Positions 51,545 to 60,241 of a DNA stretch of 64,000 nt are shown here, piece after piece. Both the position numbers and the translations under genes were made by a program. Source of the DNA: Patescibacteria group bacterium (GTDB lineage Bacteria > Patescibacteriota > Patescibacteriia > GWA2-46-9); contig JBAZXG010000002.1 of NCBI GenBank assembly GCA_041660005.1, forward strand, positions 24,356 through 88,355, read 5' to 3'. The first letter of the stretch is position 1, and each line of letters opens with the position of its first letter. The notes below the pieces were generated by a model. The model was not told the DNA's origin, ran no database searches, and saw only the letters and a list, made by a program, of their open reading frames with translations.

Positions 51545-51663
51545 CCGAGGAAGGACACTCCACCAGAGTAGTTGTCGTTCGCATTCGCAAGATTCGTCCT
51601 GTTGTCGAACTCGAGCTTATCGTCGTTCGGGTTCAGGTAGAGCGAGTACTCAGCGGACTGCCA
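51545..51663 (-). repeat. DGR template repeat (TR)
   Basis: 119 nt about 89% identical to 52085..52203; 12 of 13 differences are at TR adenines (coding strand). Confidence 0.85.
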
Positions 51664-51965
51664 GAATATACCATTCCCCACCGATATGCACCGGCCCTCG
51701 GCCAGAGTTTCCTCTAGCTCCGAGCCTGAATTTTATTCGGTTCATTAGAGAACCCTAGAAAATGGTACGTAGTGTCTACGTGCTCTGCATACGCTCTGGC
51801 AATCAAGTATTTCCTTACCTGACAACTACCAGACTCTGATACATTGATGAGCATGAAGGATTTCGGCGGCCGTGATTAGATGAAGCCAACCACGGTACAT
51901 GAGCCTAATCTCAAAAGCAGTGTAGCATCAGTTCTCGTTTGTTGAAAAATTTTGAAAAAGGAAAA

Positions 51966-51990
51966 GCGGCATGACTGGAAATCATGCCGC
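51966..51990 (-). terminator. terminator hairpin for the DGR target gene (GCGGCATGA/TCATGCCGC), T-run on minus strand
   Basis: 9 bp stem, followed on minus strand by ttttcctttttcaaaattttt. Confidence 0.55.
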
Positions 51991-52080
51991 TGTCCGTAGG
52001 AGGGATCCGGAAGAAAACCGGAAGACCAAAAACCGAAATCCTTGGTCCAAGGTTCAAACTTCCGAAACCCGAAGTCCACA

Positions 52081-52983
52081 CTACCCGAGGAAGGACACCC
52101 CACCAGAGGAGTCGTCGCACGCATGCGCAAGAGCCGTCCTGTTGTCGAACTCGAGCTCCTCGTCGTGCGGGAGCAGGTAGAGCGAGTACTCAGCGGACTG
52201 CCACTGGTAGGCGGAGAGGTCGATCACCGGGGTGTTGTTGTCCCGGCAGATGACCTCTGGCCACATGATGGCTGAGAGGATGGCGTTGAAGCCGTTGAGG
52301 ATGAACCCCTCCGGCAACGTCGCCATCTGCTCACGCTGGGCGTGCACCGAGAATCCCTGCGTTGCACAAGGCAGCTCGATCGTGGCGATCGGACCTTCCT
52401 TGGCGCGAACGAGGAGAAGATCGAGCCGACTCTCCGGCACGACCGTCACTTGCCCTTCGAGCTGACCCCGACGGTGGTTGGTAAAACCACGACCAGGGAA
52501 CTCGGCCTTGTACGCACGCTCGAGCGCCGAGAGAAGAAACTCGAGCATCTGGCCGTGGTCGTGGACAACCATCTGCGGAACGATGATTGGCAGGTGCACA
52601 CCCATCCCGACGTTCACCACCGAGGAATCGTCGAGGATGACCATGAGACGGCCGACCTCGTCCTCGAACCAAGCCGCGTCGGGCAACACGATGTTGCCTT
52701 CGAAGGCGTGATCCATGCGCTCGCGACGAGCTGCGTAGTCAATGACCTCCGGCTGGAGCAGATGGTACGCGCGATTGGCGTCGCAGACCTTGGCCTTGAT
52801 GCCACGAGGTGGAATACGCCGACCGTGACGATCGAAGAACATCGAGATGACCTCTTCGATCGTTACCTTGGCACCGGCCAAGATTGCGTTCACGGCTCCG
52901 AGCCCGTCGCCGCCGTAGACGCATCCCAGCAGATCGATGAGCTTCTCGTTCTGATTCCCTGTCAAAGATCCGTACTTTGCCAT
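52081..52983 (-). CDS. DGR variable (target) protein; VR occupies the last about 40 codons
   Basis: 300 aa, GC-rich; C-terminus ...QSAEYSLYLLPHDEELEFDNRTALAHACDDSSGGVSFLG aligned to TR-encoded ...QSAEYSLYLNPNDDKLEFDNRTNLANANDNYSGGVSFLG (Asn AAC/AAT codons diversified). Confidence 0.8.
   Translation of the reverse strand: MAKYGSLTGNQNEKLIDLLGCVYGGDGLGAVNAILAGAKVTIEEVISMFFDRHGRRIPPRGIKAKVCDANRAYHLLQPEVIDYAARRERMDHAFEGNIVLPDAAWFEDEVGRLMVILDDSSVVNVGMGVHLPIIVPQMVVHDHGQMLEFLLSALERAYKAEFPGRGFTNHRRGQLEGQVTVVPESRLDLLLVRAKEGPIATIELPCATQGFSVHAQREQMATLPEGFILNGFNAILSAIMWPEVICRDNNTPVIDLSAYQWQSAEYSLYLLPHDEELEFDNRTALAHACDDSSGGVSFLG
52085..52203 (-). repeat. DGR variable repeat (VR) at the 3' end of the target gene
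   Basis: see TR; adenine-specific substitution pattern. Confidence 0.85.
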
Positions 52984-53402
52984 TGCTGGCCTCCGTTATC
53001 AGGCATCATGTGCCCGATGTCTTTAGCCAATTCCCTTGGCCGTTGGGGTCTTTTCCTCTACAGGATCAATCTAGAAATACTAGGGAAAAGACATTGCAAT
53101 GTAGCAGAAATGACAGGAAAAGTCAATGACTTTCGGGTGAATATTTAAATGGTTGATTCAATACAATCTGCTTGCACATATCACAATAAATAAAGGCATC
53201 AATAACTCCTAAAGTATAACCACCAAAAATCAGCCGGATGTAAAACATCAATACCCAGGCTTTCGCCTGGGTATTGATCCTAATGTGTATTCTGTGGGAA
53301 CGATGCTTCTCGATGCTCGTTCTTAACGTGATTGAAAATCCGGTGCCGTTTATTGGGTTCGTATAACCTATCCCACGCTAAGTCGGACAAATGCAGCAAC
53401 AC

Positions 53403-53867
53403 TTACCGCTCAAGAATTTGTTTCTTCTTGGCCTGAAATTCTACTTCCGTTAAGACACCCTTATCTCGAAGATCAGCATATTTCGCCAGCTCATCAACGC
53501 CACTAACCGCTGAACCTCCTCCTCGAATCTGGGCTATTCTTGCTTCGATAAGCTCTCTGACTTTTGCAGAGCGTTCATTGTTGTTATTGGTGATATGGAA
53601 GTTAATACTATTTTCGTCAGTGGCGGACTGAAAAAGACCGCTCTTTGCCTCTGAACCACCAACCAAGGTTAGCTGGAGATAGCCGGCAGTCATACCTGCT
53701 TTTTTGAGTTGCACGGCGACAATGGAGCTATAGGGAATTGTTTTTTCGCCTCGCAGCATCATACCGCCAAGGAGGAAACCCTTTACCCCTCGCTTTATAA
53801 CGACGCCAACATCGGTGAGGATAAGCGTTCCGTTATAGCCGCGAAATTCTTCTATTGATTCGTTCAT
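53403..53867 (-). CDS. DUF4429 (PH-like) domain protein with C-terminal SHOCT domain
   Basis: C-terminal LAKYADLRDKGVLTEVEFQAKKKQIL SHOCT motif. Confidence 0.55.
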   Translation of the reverse strand: MNESIEEFRGYNGTLILTDVGVVIKRGVKGFLLGGMMLRGEKTIPYSSIVAVQLKKAGMTAGYLQLTLVGGSEAKSGLFQSATDENSINFHITNNNNERSAKVRELIEARIAQIRGGGSAVSGVDELAKYADLRDKGVLTEVEFQAKKKQILER

Positions 53868-53878
53868 AAAAGAGTGTG

Positions 53879-54895
53879 TTATTTCTCCCAGGTTGTGCCG
53901 TCGGTAAAATGAACATGGTATGGCTCAACCTCGATCTTCGACGTGGTGTCGTGACCAAAGAGACTCCACGCATCCGAACCTGTTTTGCTGGGAGCAATAA
54001 GAGAACCTTGGCTAAGACCATTGAAGACGTTATCTCCCAGAAAGCTGGCGGGCTCCCCAAAACTGTTAAACATCCTGATATGCAGCTTGTATGCGTCGAT
54101 GGTTTTGTCTGACACATTCTTAATCGTCACATTCGCTTGAGGCATACCAATGATGTCTTTGGTAACACTGCTTTTCACAATCTCGAGAGGAATTGGTTCT
54201 TGTGCGATTGTTGCGGCTGATGGCTTAGACGAAACTACTGGCGTTGTTGTCGCCGTAGATGAATCTAATTTATTTGTGCTAGTTGATGAAGCAGCGGCTA
54301 CAATCACCAGAACAACCAAGACCGCGACCGTGATTGCAGTCTTATGCCGCGTTATGTTTTCCTCCCACTTACTTAAGTGGGGTTGTGCCAGTGGTTCTCC
54401 TTCCATACGATGCGTGTATCGAGAAGCAAGGAGGTGCATAATAATACCGCCGGACAACCCAACAACAAACCCTAGTCCAACCGCTAATGTCCCGCCTATC
54501 GCCGTACCAATAGCTGCGCCAGCTTGCGCTGCCCCGCTCGTGTTCCTCACCGCCGCCGCGCCGACATGAAACATTATAGCGAGTGCAGAGATGGGCAGAA
54601 GAAAGAAGCCAATCTCTGTGGCCCGAAACAAATCCTTCAGTACTTTATTCTTGTTCGTATCCGACCACACATGCAGAATTAGCAGAGCCCAAAAAATTAT
54701 AAACCCGAGACCCATGGCTCGGTTTCCAGACATCCACGCCCAATTTTGAGTAAATACAGCGGCAGGAAGGAGAGTGGCCAATATCTTCGTTGGCAAGAAT
54801 CGATTCTTCGATTGAGGAGTGTGTTGCTCCATAAAAATAAAGAATAAAAAAATAAGCACCTCGGGTATGACGAGACGCTTTGGGTATATACACAA
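53879..54895 (-). CDS. membrane protein with 5-6 TM helices and C-terminal extracytoplasmic domain, hypothetical
   Basis: 338 aa. Confidence 0.45.
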   Translation of the reverse strand: MCIYPKRLVIPEVLIFLFFIFMEQHTPQSKNRFLPTKILATLLPAAVFTQNWAWMSGNRAMGLGFIIFWALLILHVWSDTNKNKVLKDLFRATEIGFFLLPISALAIMFHVGAAAVRNTSGAAQAGAAIGTAIGGTLAVGLGFVVGLSGGIIMHLLASRYTHRMEGEPLAQPHLSKWEENITRHKTAITVAVLVVLVIVAAASSTSTNKLDSSTATTTPVVSSKPSAATIAQEPIPLEIVKSSVTKDIIGMPQANVTIKNVSDKTIDAYKLHIRMFNSFGEPASFLGDNVFNGLSQGSLIAPSKTGSDAWSLFGHDTTSKIEVEPYHVHFTDGTTWEK

Positions 54896-55085
54896 AGCCC
54901 CCCGCCAGCGATAGCCTTACGGCTACCCATACCCGTTTCCAGGTATGACCGGTAAGGGTGCTCTGACGAGGAGCCCTTTATTCCTTACCGGTTTTCGGCC
55001 ATGCCCAGAGCGAACTCTGAGTTTAGGCCATACTCAAATTGTGCTCACATGGTAGCAGGGAAACCCCTATAAATAAAGGGTCTTT

Positions 55086-56540
55086 ATGGGGACTTACCTA
55101 CAAGTTACCTACAGCTCGTTTAGGGACTTTTTGCGGATTCCAGTGATTCTAGCCGCTCTGGACTCCCTAGAGGGGTTGCGTCATCAATGTGGCTATATGA
55201 ACCACGGTAATACAACGGGGCCGGACGGAGCGGACGCCCCAACCAAGGAACAACCGCTCCCTATTAACGTGCGGTACTGCCTGTACGCAAGGAAAAGTAC
55301 CGAATCGGAGGAACGCCAGATCCTCTCCATTGATTCGCAGATTAAAGAGATGCTGGAATTGGCTGAGCGGGAGGGGTTGGAGGTAGCCGAGATAAGGCGC
55401 GAGAGCCACTCGGCTAAGAGTTCTGGTGCGAGAAAGGTGTTCAACGAAATCCTCGTTGACATTAGAGGGGGCCGCTTCAATGGACTTCTAACCTGGGCTC
55501 CAGATAGGCTTGCGCGTAATGCGGGTGACCTAGGGTCGTTAGTTGACCTTATTGACCAGAAAACGCTTATTGAAATACGCACGTTCAGCCAACGGTTCAC
55601 GAACAACCCGAATGAGAAATTCCTCCTCATGATTCTCGGCAGCCAGGCAAAGCTCGAGAACGATAACCGTGGCATTAATGTCAAGCGCGGTATGAAGACC
55701 CGCTGCGAAATGGGACTACGGCCGAACGTCGCACCGACCGGATACTTGAATGAGAAACGGACGGATAAAAAGTGCCACGCTATCGTTGACCCCGAACGTG
55801 GGCCCATCATCAAACAAATGTTTGAGAAAGTAGCGAACGAACACTGGTCAGGACGGAAGCTCTACCACTGGTTGAAGTTCGAGTTGAACTTTAAGACCAA
55901 AGGAAATAAAAACTTGTCGCTCTCCAATATTTACATCATCATCAATAATCCCTTCTACTACGGTGTCTTCGAATTCCCGCGAGGCAGCGGTAACTGGTAT
56001 ACCGGAATCCATACGCCACTAGTCGCGAAGGAGCTCTACGACCAAGCCCATACCCAGTTAAAGCGTGACCGCATTGTCCGAGCTGAGATTAAAGAATTCG
56101 CCTTCACGAAGCTCCTAGCCTGTGGCGATTGCGGGTCTGGAATCTCGGCTGACGAGAAGTACAAGCATCTCAAAGATGGCACCATGGCACGGTATGTGTA
56201 CTACGGCTGCACGCGAGCAAGAAACCTGCACTGCAAAGGTGGATACATCCGCGAGGAGGAACTGATCAATCAAATGATTGCCATCATTGATCAGCTCGAC
56301 ATCAACGAGATTGGCATGCGGTACAAGTTTGACGAAGAGATGGCAAGGCTCGCCAAGTTCCAAAAGAACTTCTACGGCGCAGCTGGCGGCACCGCACCTA
56401 AACTTGAGAACGTGGACTTGAAGGGCTACGCCAAATACTTACTGCGCGAGGGCAGCGTCATTGAAAAACGTGAACTCATGGCCTGCATCAAAAGCAAGCT
56501 CGTGCTGACGCGGAAAGTGTTGACGCTGCAAACACAGTAA
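55086..56540 (+). CDS. large serine recombinase/integrase (start probably at internal Met about 55197)
   Basis: resolvase catalytic domain YARKSTESEERQILSIDSQ, recombinase domain, zinc ribbon CGDCGS...YYGCTRARNLHCKGG, C-terminal coiled coil. Confidence 0.8.
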   Translation: MGTYLQVTYSSFRDFLRIPVILAALDSLEGLRHQCGYMNHGNTTGPDGADAPTKEQPLPINVRYCLYARKSTESEERQILSIDSQIKEMLELAEREGLEVAEIRRESHSAKSSGARKVFNEILVDIRGGRFNGLLTWAPDRLARNAGDLGSLVDLIDQKTLIEIRTFSQRFTNNPNEKFLLMILGSQAKLENDNRGINVKRGMKTRCEMGLRPNVAPTGYLNEKRTDKKCHAIVDPERGPIIKQMFEKVANEHWSGRKLYHWLKFELNFKTKGNKNLSLSNIYIIINNPFYYGVFEFPRGSGNWYTGIHTPLVAKELYDQAHTQLKRDRIVRAEIKEFAFTKLLACGDCGSGISADEKYKHLKDGTMARYVYYGCTRARNLHCKGGYIREEELINQMIAIIDQLDINEIGMRYKFDEEMARLAKFQKNFYGAAGGTAPKLENVDLKGYAKYLLREGSVIEKRELMACIKSKLVLTRKVLTLQTQ

Positions 56541-56573
56541 GACCACCTTCGTCAGCCAGACTGTCTATTGATA

Positions 56574-58019
56574 TTATCCCCAAATTGAATTGATAACGTC
56601 TGTACCGAGAAAATCTGCTAATTGCCCCTCTGGTTTTTTATCTCCAATACACTTAGCTACCCGTTGGGTCCAGGGAACATTTTTCGAGCTGAGTATTTGT
56701 GATAATTGCAAAATTACATCTTTAATATCAGCATTTTTTCTGTCCCAGGAATCACATTGATCCAATTGAGTCTTTTTCTCTCCATAATTTTGGCTTTCTT
56801 CTTTAACTTTTGTCTTCGCCGCTTCCCAATTCTCAAAACCGAGCGACGTCAAGACTTCATCGGATAGAAAAAGATTCTCGCTTTCGCGACATTCTAGTTT
56901 GACATACTTTATATTTGTCTGTGGATTGTTCGCGTCAGCAACCGGAAGGGTTTGATCACCATCAAGTAGCGCAAAGCCAACGGCTTTGGTTTGGTCTGTC
57001 CTTAGGCTGGCAAATATTTTTTCCAGTGTTTTTTGATACCGCTTAACTTCGTCCGCCCCACTACAAGGAATAACCGCCAGCTTCACATTGTTATATCTTG
57101 GCACTTGACTCCAAATTTTATTGTCATCATCTCCCTCTACCAATAATAACGGCGCACTGAACAGGGGCCCCATGAGAGCATGCCCGCCGAGACACGTTGA
57201 GAGCTCCTGCAAAATTTTGTCGAACTGTACCGCTTTCTGTTCGCTGACAGAGTTATTGAGATAGATGACACTTGTCCTCTCACCGCCATGATAGCCGAGT
57301 GCCGACAGAAGAGTGGTACTATGAGAGGCGATAATCATTTGCACCTTATATTTACTCAAAAGTTGTACCAAAAAATGGCCGAGGTGCTGTTGTAGATCGG
57401 GATGTAAGTGTGTGTCTGGTTCGTCAATCAGAAGAACTCGTTCGCTCTGATTATCCAACTCCCATATCGCGCAAATCGTCAACAAATCCAATGCGAGAGT
57501 CAGTATTTCTGCTTCGCCACTGCTTAATGTATTGACGCTTGAAACGCGATCATCGCCGTGAATCCGCCTGAATTCATAAGGAGGGTTTTCTCCTGTAATG
57601 GAGAACTGAAAGTCAGGAAGTAGAACCTGTAAAAAATTTTCAATATCCCCAAGATCGACTGAGCTGGCAGTCGCTCGTCCGGCAACATTTCCAATTTTAA
57701 TTAATAAGGCTTGTATCCGCGAGACTGCTTCCTGACGGTAAGTAGACGACAAATTTTGCTGTCGACGGTTTGCTCTACCGGGGGCCGTTAGTTCTTCCTG
57801 CGTTATTCCAACTTCGTGCGTGATGTCTCCAGCTCTTTCGGGGGAAGTATAGTGATAGACGTTCTGATTACTATTTCGTAAAGTACGCAACAACTGACTC
57901 TTGCCAGAACCGTTTTTCCCAAACAAAATTGTTATCTCATTTAAGTCCTTGAGTTCCCACTGATTTCCGCCAAGATAGTCAGGTCTTATTATATTCAATT
58001 CTTGAAAATATTTTGCCAT
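56574..58019 (-). CDS. OLD-family ABC-type ATPase fused to TOPRIM/DUF4435-like nuclease domain (PARIS/AriAB- or OLD-like defence candidate)
   Basis: Walker A GKNGSGKSQ, LLIDEPDTHLHPDL (DEP..HLHP hallmark), H-loop ASHS; C-terminal LLLVEGDDDNKIW ... GFALLDGD TOPRIM-like acidic motifs. Confidence 0.65.
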   Translation of the reverse strand: MAKYFQELNIIRPDYLGGNQWELKDLNEITILFGKNGSGKSQLLRTLRNSNQNVYHYTSPERAGDITHEVGITQEELTAPGRANRRQQNLSSTYRQEAVSRIQALLIKIGNVAGRATASSVDLGDIENFLQVLLPDFQFSITGENPPYEFRRIHGDDRVSSVNTLSSGEAEILTLALDLLTICAIWELDNQSERVLLIDEPDTHLHPDLQQHLGHFLVQLLSKYKVQMIIASHSTTLLSALGYHGGERTSVIYLNNSVSEQKAVQFDKILQELSTCLGGHALMGPLFSAPLLLVEGDDDNKIWSQVPRYNNVKLAVIPCSGADEVKRYQKTLEKIFASLRTDQTKAVGFALLDGDQTLPVADANNPQTNIKYVKLECRESENLFLSDEVLTSLGFENWEAAKTKVKEESQNYGEKKTQLDQCDSWDRKNADIKDVILQLSQILSSKNVPWTQRVAKCIGDKKPEGQLADFLGTDVINSIWG

Positions 58020-58189
58020 ATATAAATTTAAGAACAGGTCTATCTTAGCTCAAATCTCACAATAAACAAAAAAGACCGGGTGACCGGTCGTTTTTGTTTT
58101 GGTATGCCAATAACATGCAGTAGCGTGGGGGAACCGTCTCGGTCGCGCTGACCTATCGACTGACTCGGTCCCTCGATACTAAATGTTGT

Positions 58190-58279
58190 TGGCGGAGAGG
58201 GAGGGATTCGAACCCTCGAGGCCCTTGCGGGCCTACCGCTTTTCGAGAGCGGCACCTTCAACCACTCGGCCACCTCTCC
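58190..58279 (-). tRNA. tRNA-Ser (anticodon CGA), class II
   Basis: manual fold: GGAGAGG acceptor, GCCGAGTGGTTGAAGG D-arm, anticodon loop CT-CGA-AA, long variable arm GGCCCGCAAGGGCC, TTCGAAT, discriminator G, CCA. Confidence 0.85.
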
Positions 58280-58377
58280 ATATTTCTCGGCAAAGCCTCG
58301 GTCAAAAAATTGAGGCCTCTGGTTGCCGGGGCGGTCTTTTACCGCCCGTTTAATCCTGCGCCACTCGGATTAAACCC

Positions 58378-58394
58378 ACTCGGCCACCTCTCCA
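58378..58394 (-). repeat. 17 nt direct copy of the tRNA-Ser 5' end (GGAGAGGTGGCCGAGT..) about 100 bp upstream of the gene
   Basis: actcggccacctctcca identical to 58264..58280. Confidence 0.7.
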
Positions 58395-58522
58395 TAGATT
58401 GGCTATTTTGTTTTGCTCACCTTTTTTTATCCGTCCGGGTAGCGCTTTTTCAACTACCTCCAAACAATAAAGTATTCGCACGCTACCACGCTCTTCTATA
58501 GTCGACAAGAGCGATGCGCTGT

Positions 58523-60145
58523 TTAATTCAATGGGCGCAATCGAATGCCAACAACTCCAAGGTAATTCTCGTCTTCTTCGCTATACCGCTCTCGCAGTAC
58601 TGCCATACCATGCTCATGGTTATCAAAGCCAAGCTCTGCTGGATGAAACGCTGCTAGAAGCTCTGTGAAACTTGGTCGTGGTGTTACCTCAATAACTTCT
58701 GCGCGCATGCACTCATAGGTATTATGGTGCGGATAACAGAGTAGGAGATCGCCAACTTGAATATCGCGTTGTTGTCGGTCGAAAAGTCTCGCCTCAACAC
58801 GCTTCAGCCCACGCATCAGCTGGTTATACGATTCGCTGCCGACATTCAAGACATGCACTCGACGACTCTCCAGAAGTGGGATTGCCATAATAACCCAAAA
58901 AAGAATTGAAAGGTCGTTTTTAAAATAGGGAACATCAACAAGACCATGAACGAGGAGCGCCACCATCGCTGCCATAGCGGCAATGCTTAATGCCTGCCCG
59001 CGTCGCTGCCACGCCGTGTGAAAGAAAGCGCCGAGCAACCAGACAAATACCAAGAGACCAGCAACCCCAAGTTCGGTCCAGGCGTTCAAGAATACATTGT
59101 GAGGGTAGAGAAAAATTTCTAACTTATAAGGTGACACGTCATGTCGCCATTCTTGATGATAGGGAACAAGCGCACTTTGGTAACCCGCGAGTCCAGACCC
59201 AACAATAGGATGGTCGCGAAGGAGTGCCAGGGTTTCTTGCCAAACAACAATGCGCATTTTCCCTGAAGGGGAGTGCAGTGTTACTTGGTTGAGCAAGGCC
59301 ACCCGTGTTGGTGGTACGACAAAAATAGCAATCAAAGCTAGGGTAGCAACCCCAACAAGTATGACACGACGGCTCCCTGTGAGCGCCAAGAAAGCGCCAA
59401 AAAGAATACCCACCACAACACCGACCCAGGCGCCTTTGGTCACGGAGAAAACAATTGCTACGAGACCAAACAAAAACACTACCATCAACCACAAAAGTCG
59501 TGACCCGTGTTTGGCGCTATAGAGCACCCAGGTGCCGTAAAGAGCAATGACTGGCGCTAAAAATAAACCAACGGCATTCGGATAAGAAAAGAAGCTCGTT
59601 ACCTTGAACGACTCGGCGAGCGCATACGGTTCAGGAATAAAAAGACCCGTCACTTTTTGAAACCAGGCACCAAGTGCTATAGCAAGGGCTGCAATGCCGA
59701 GGGCATAGACTGGCCAGTGACGCTCTGGCGTGCCCCGAAATTCAACAACAAAAATAGCAAAAACAAGTAACGGCTCAATAAAATATGCTTTCCAAATGCC
59801 GAGCGCACTAAATAGGTTAGGGGAAATAACAACGCTTACCGTTGCAACAAGTAGCCAAAGGAGAATCGGAAAAAAATAGGGGCGAAACGGATTACTCTCT
59901 GACAAAGCTAACGATGGTCGCGGTAAAGGCAATCCCTGATGCTCTTGGTACTTCAAGAAAAACCATGTAATGGCAACCGTCCAAATACTCACCTCGAGCA
60001 AAGTAAACGGAACCCCAAACACAGTGAACCGAATAAGGTAGGATGGTAATAAAACAATTAAAAGCGAGAGTGCTAAACGCGCCGAGCGATAGGTTAGATA
60101 GGCAAAGAAAAAAATGTAGAGCGTAAGAAGTAACGGCATGGTCAT
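58523..60145 (-). CDS. O-antigen ligase/polymerase-like (Wzy_C) polytopic membrane protein with C-terminal ASCH (PUA-like) domain
   Basis: 540 aa; 10-12 TM helices with large periplasmic loop typical of Wzy_C; C-terminal about 110 aa soluble domain resembling ASCH. Confidence 0.55.
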   Translation of the reverse strand: MTMPLLLTLYIFFFAYLTYRSARLALSLLIVLLPSYLIRFTVFGVPFTLLEVSIWTVAITWFFLKYQEHQGLPLPRPSLALSESNPFRPYFFPILLWLLVATVSVVISPNLFSALGIWKAYFIEPLLVFAIFVVEFRGTPERHWPVYALGIAALAIALGAWFQKVTGLFIPEPYALAESFKVTSFFSYPNAVGLFLAPVIALYGTWVLYSAKHGSRLLWLMVVFLFGLVAIVFSVTKGAWVGVVVGILFGAFLALTGSRRVILVGVATLALIAIFVVPPTRVALLNQVTLHSPSGKMRIVVWQETLALLRDHPIVGSGLAGYQSALVPYHQEWRHDVSPYKLEIFLYPHNVFLNAWTELGVAGLLVFVWLLGAFFHTAWQRRGQALSIAAMAAMVALLVHGLVDVPYFKNDLSILFWVIMAIPLLESRRVHVLNVGSESYNQLMRGLKRVEARLFDRQQRDIQVGDLLLCYPHHNTYECMRAEVIEVTPRPSFTELLAAFHPAELGFDNHEHGMAVLRERYSEEDENYLGVVGIRLRPLN

Positions 60146-60241
60146 AACAACAGTATAGCGCGATGAAATAATGAGCGGTAGTGAAAACCCGGCGAGCTTA
60201 AAATAACTAGACTAGACGGCTTTATAGAAAACTTCGCACAC

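Noticed and set aside
52342-53148. 268 aa plus-strand ORF antisense to the DGR target gene
   Set aside because: Lies entirely within the GC-rich target gene on the opposite strand. Long antisense ORFs are expected in high-GC sequence. No motifs, and it would overlap a gene that has strong independent support (the VR).
58296-58395. Second complete tRNA (Ser/Sec-like) upstream of tRNA-Ser
   Set aside because: Only the first about 17 nt match. The D-arm does not pair (direct, not inverted, CCGAGTGG repeats) and no T-arm or acceptor 3' strand follows. Treated as a partial duplicate.
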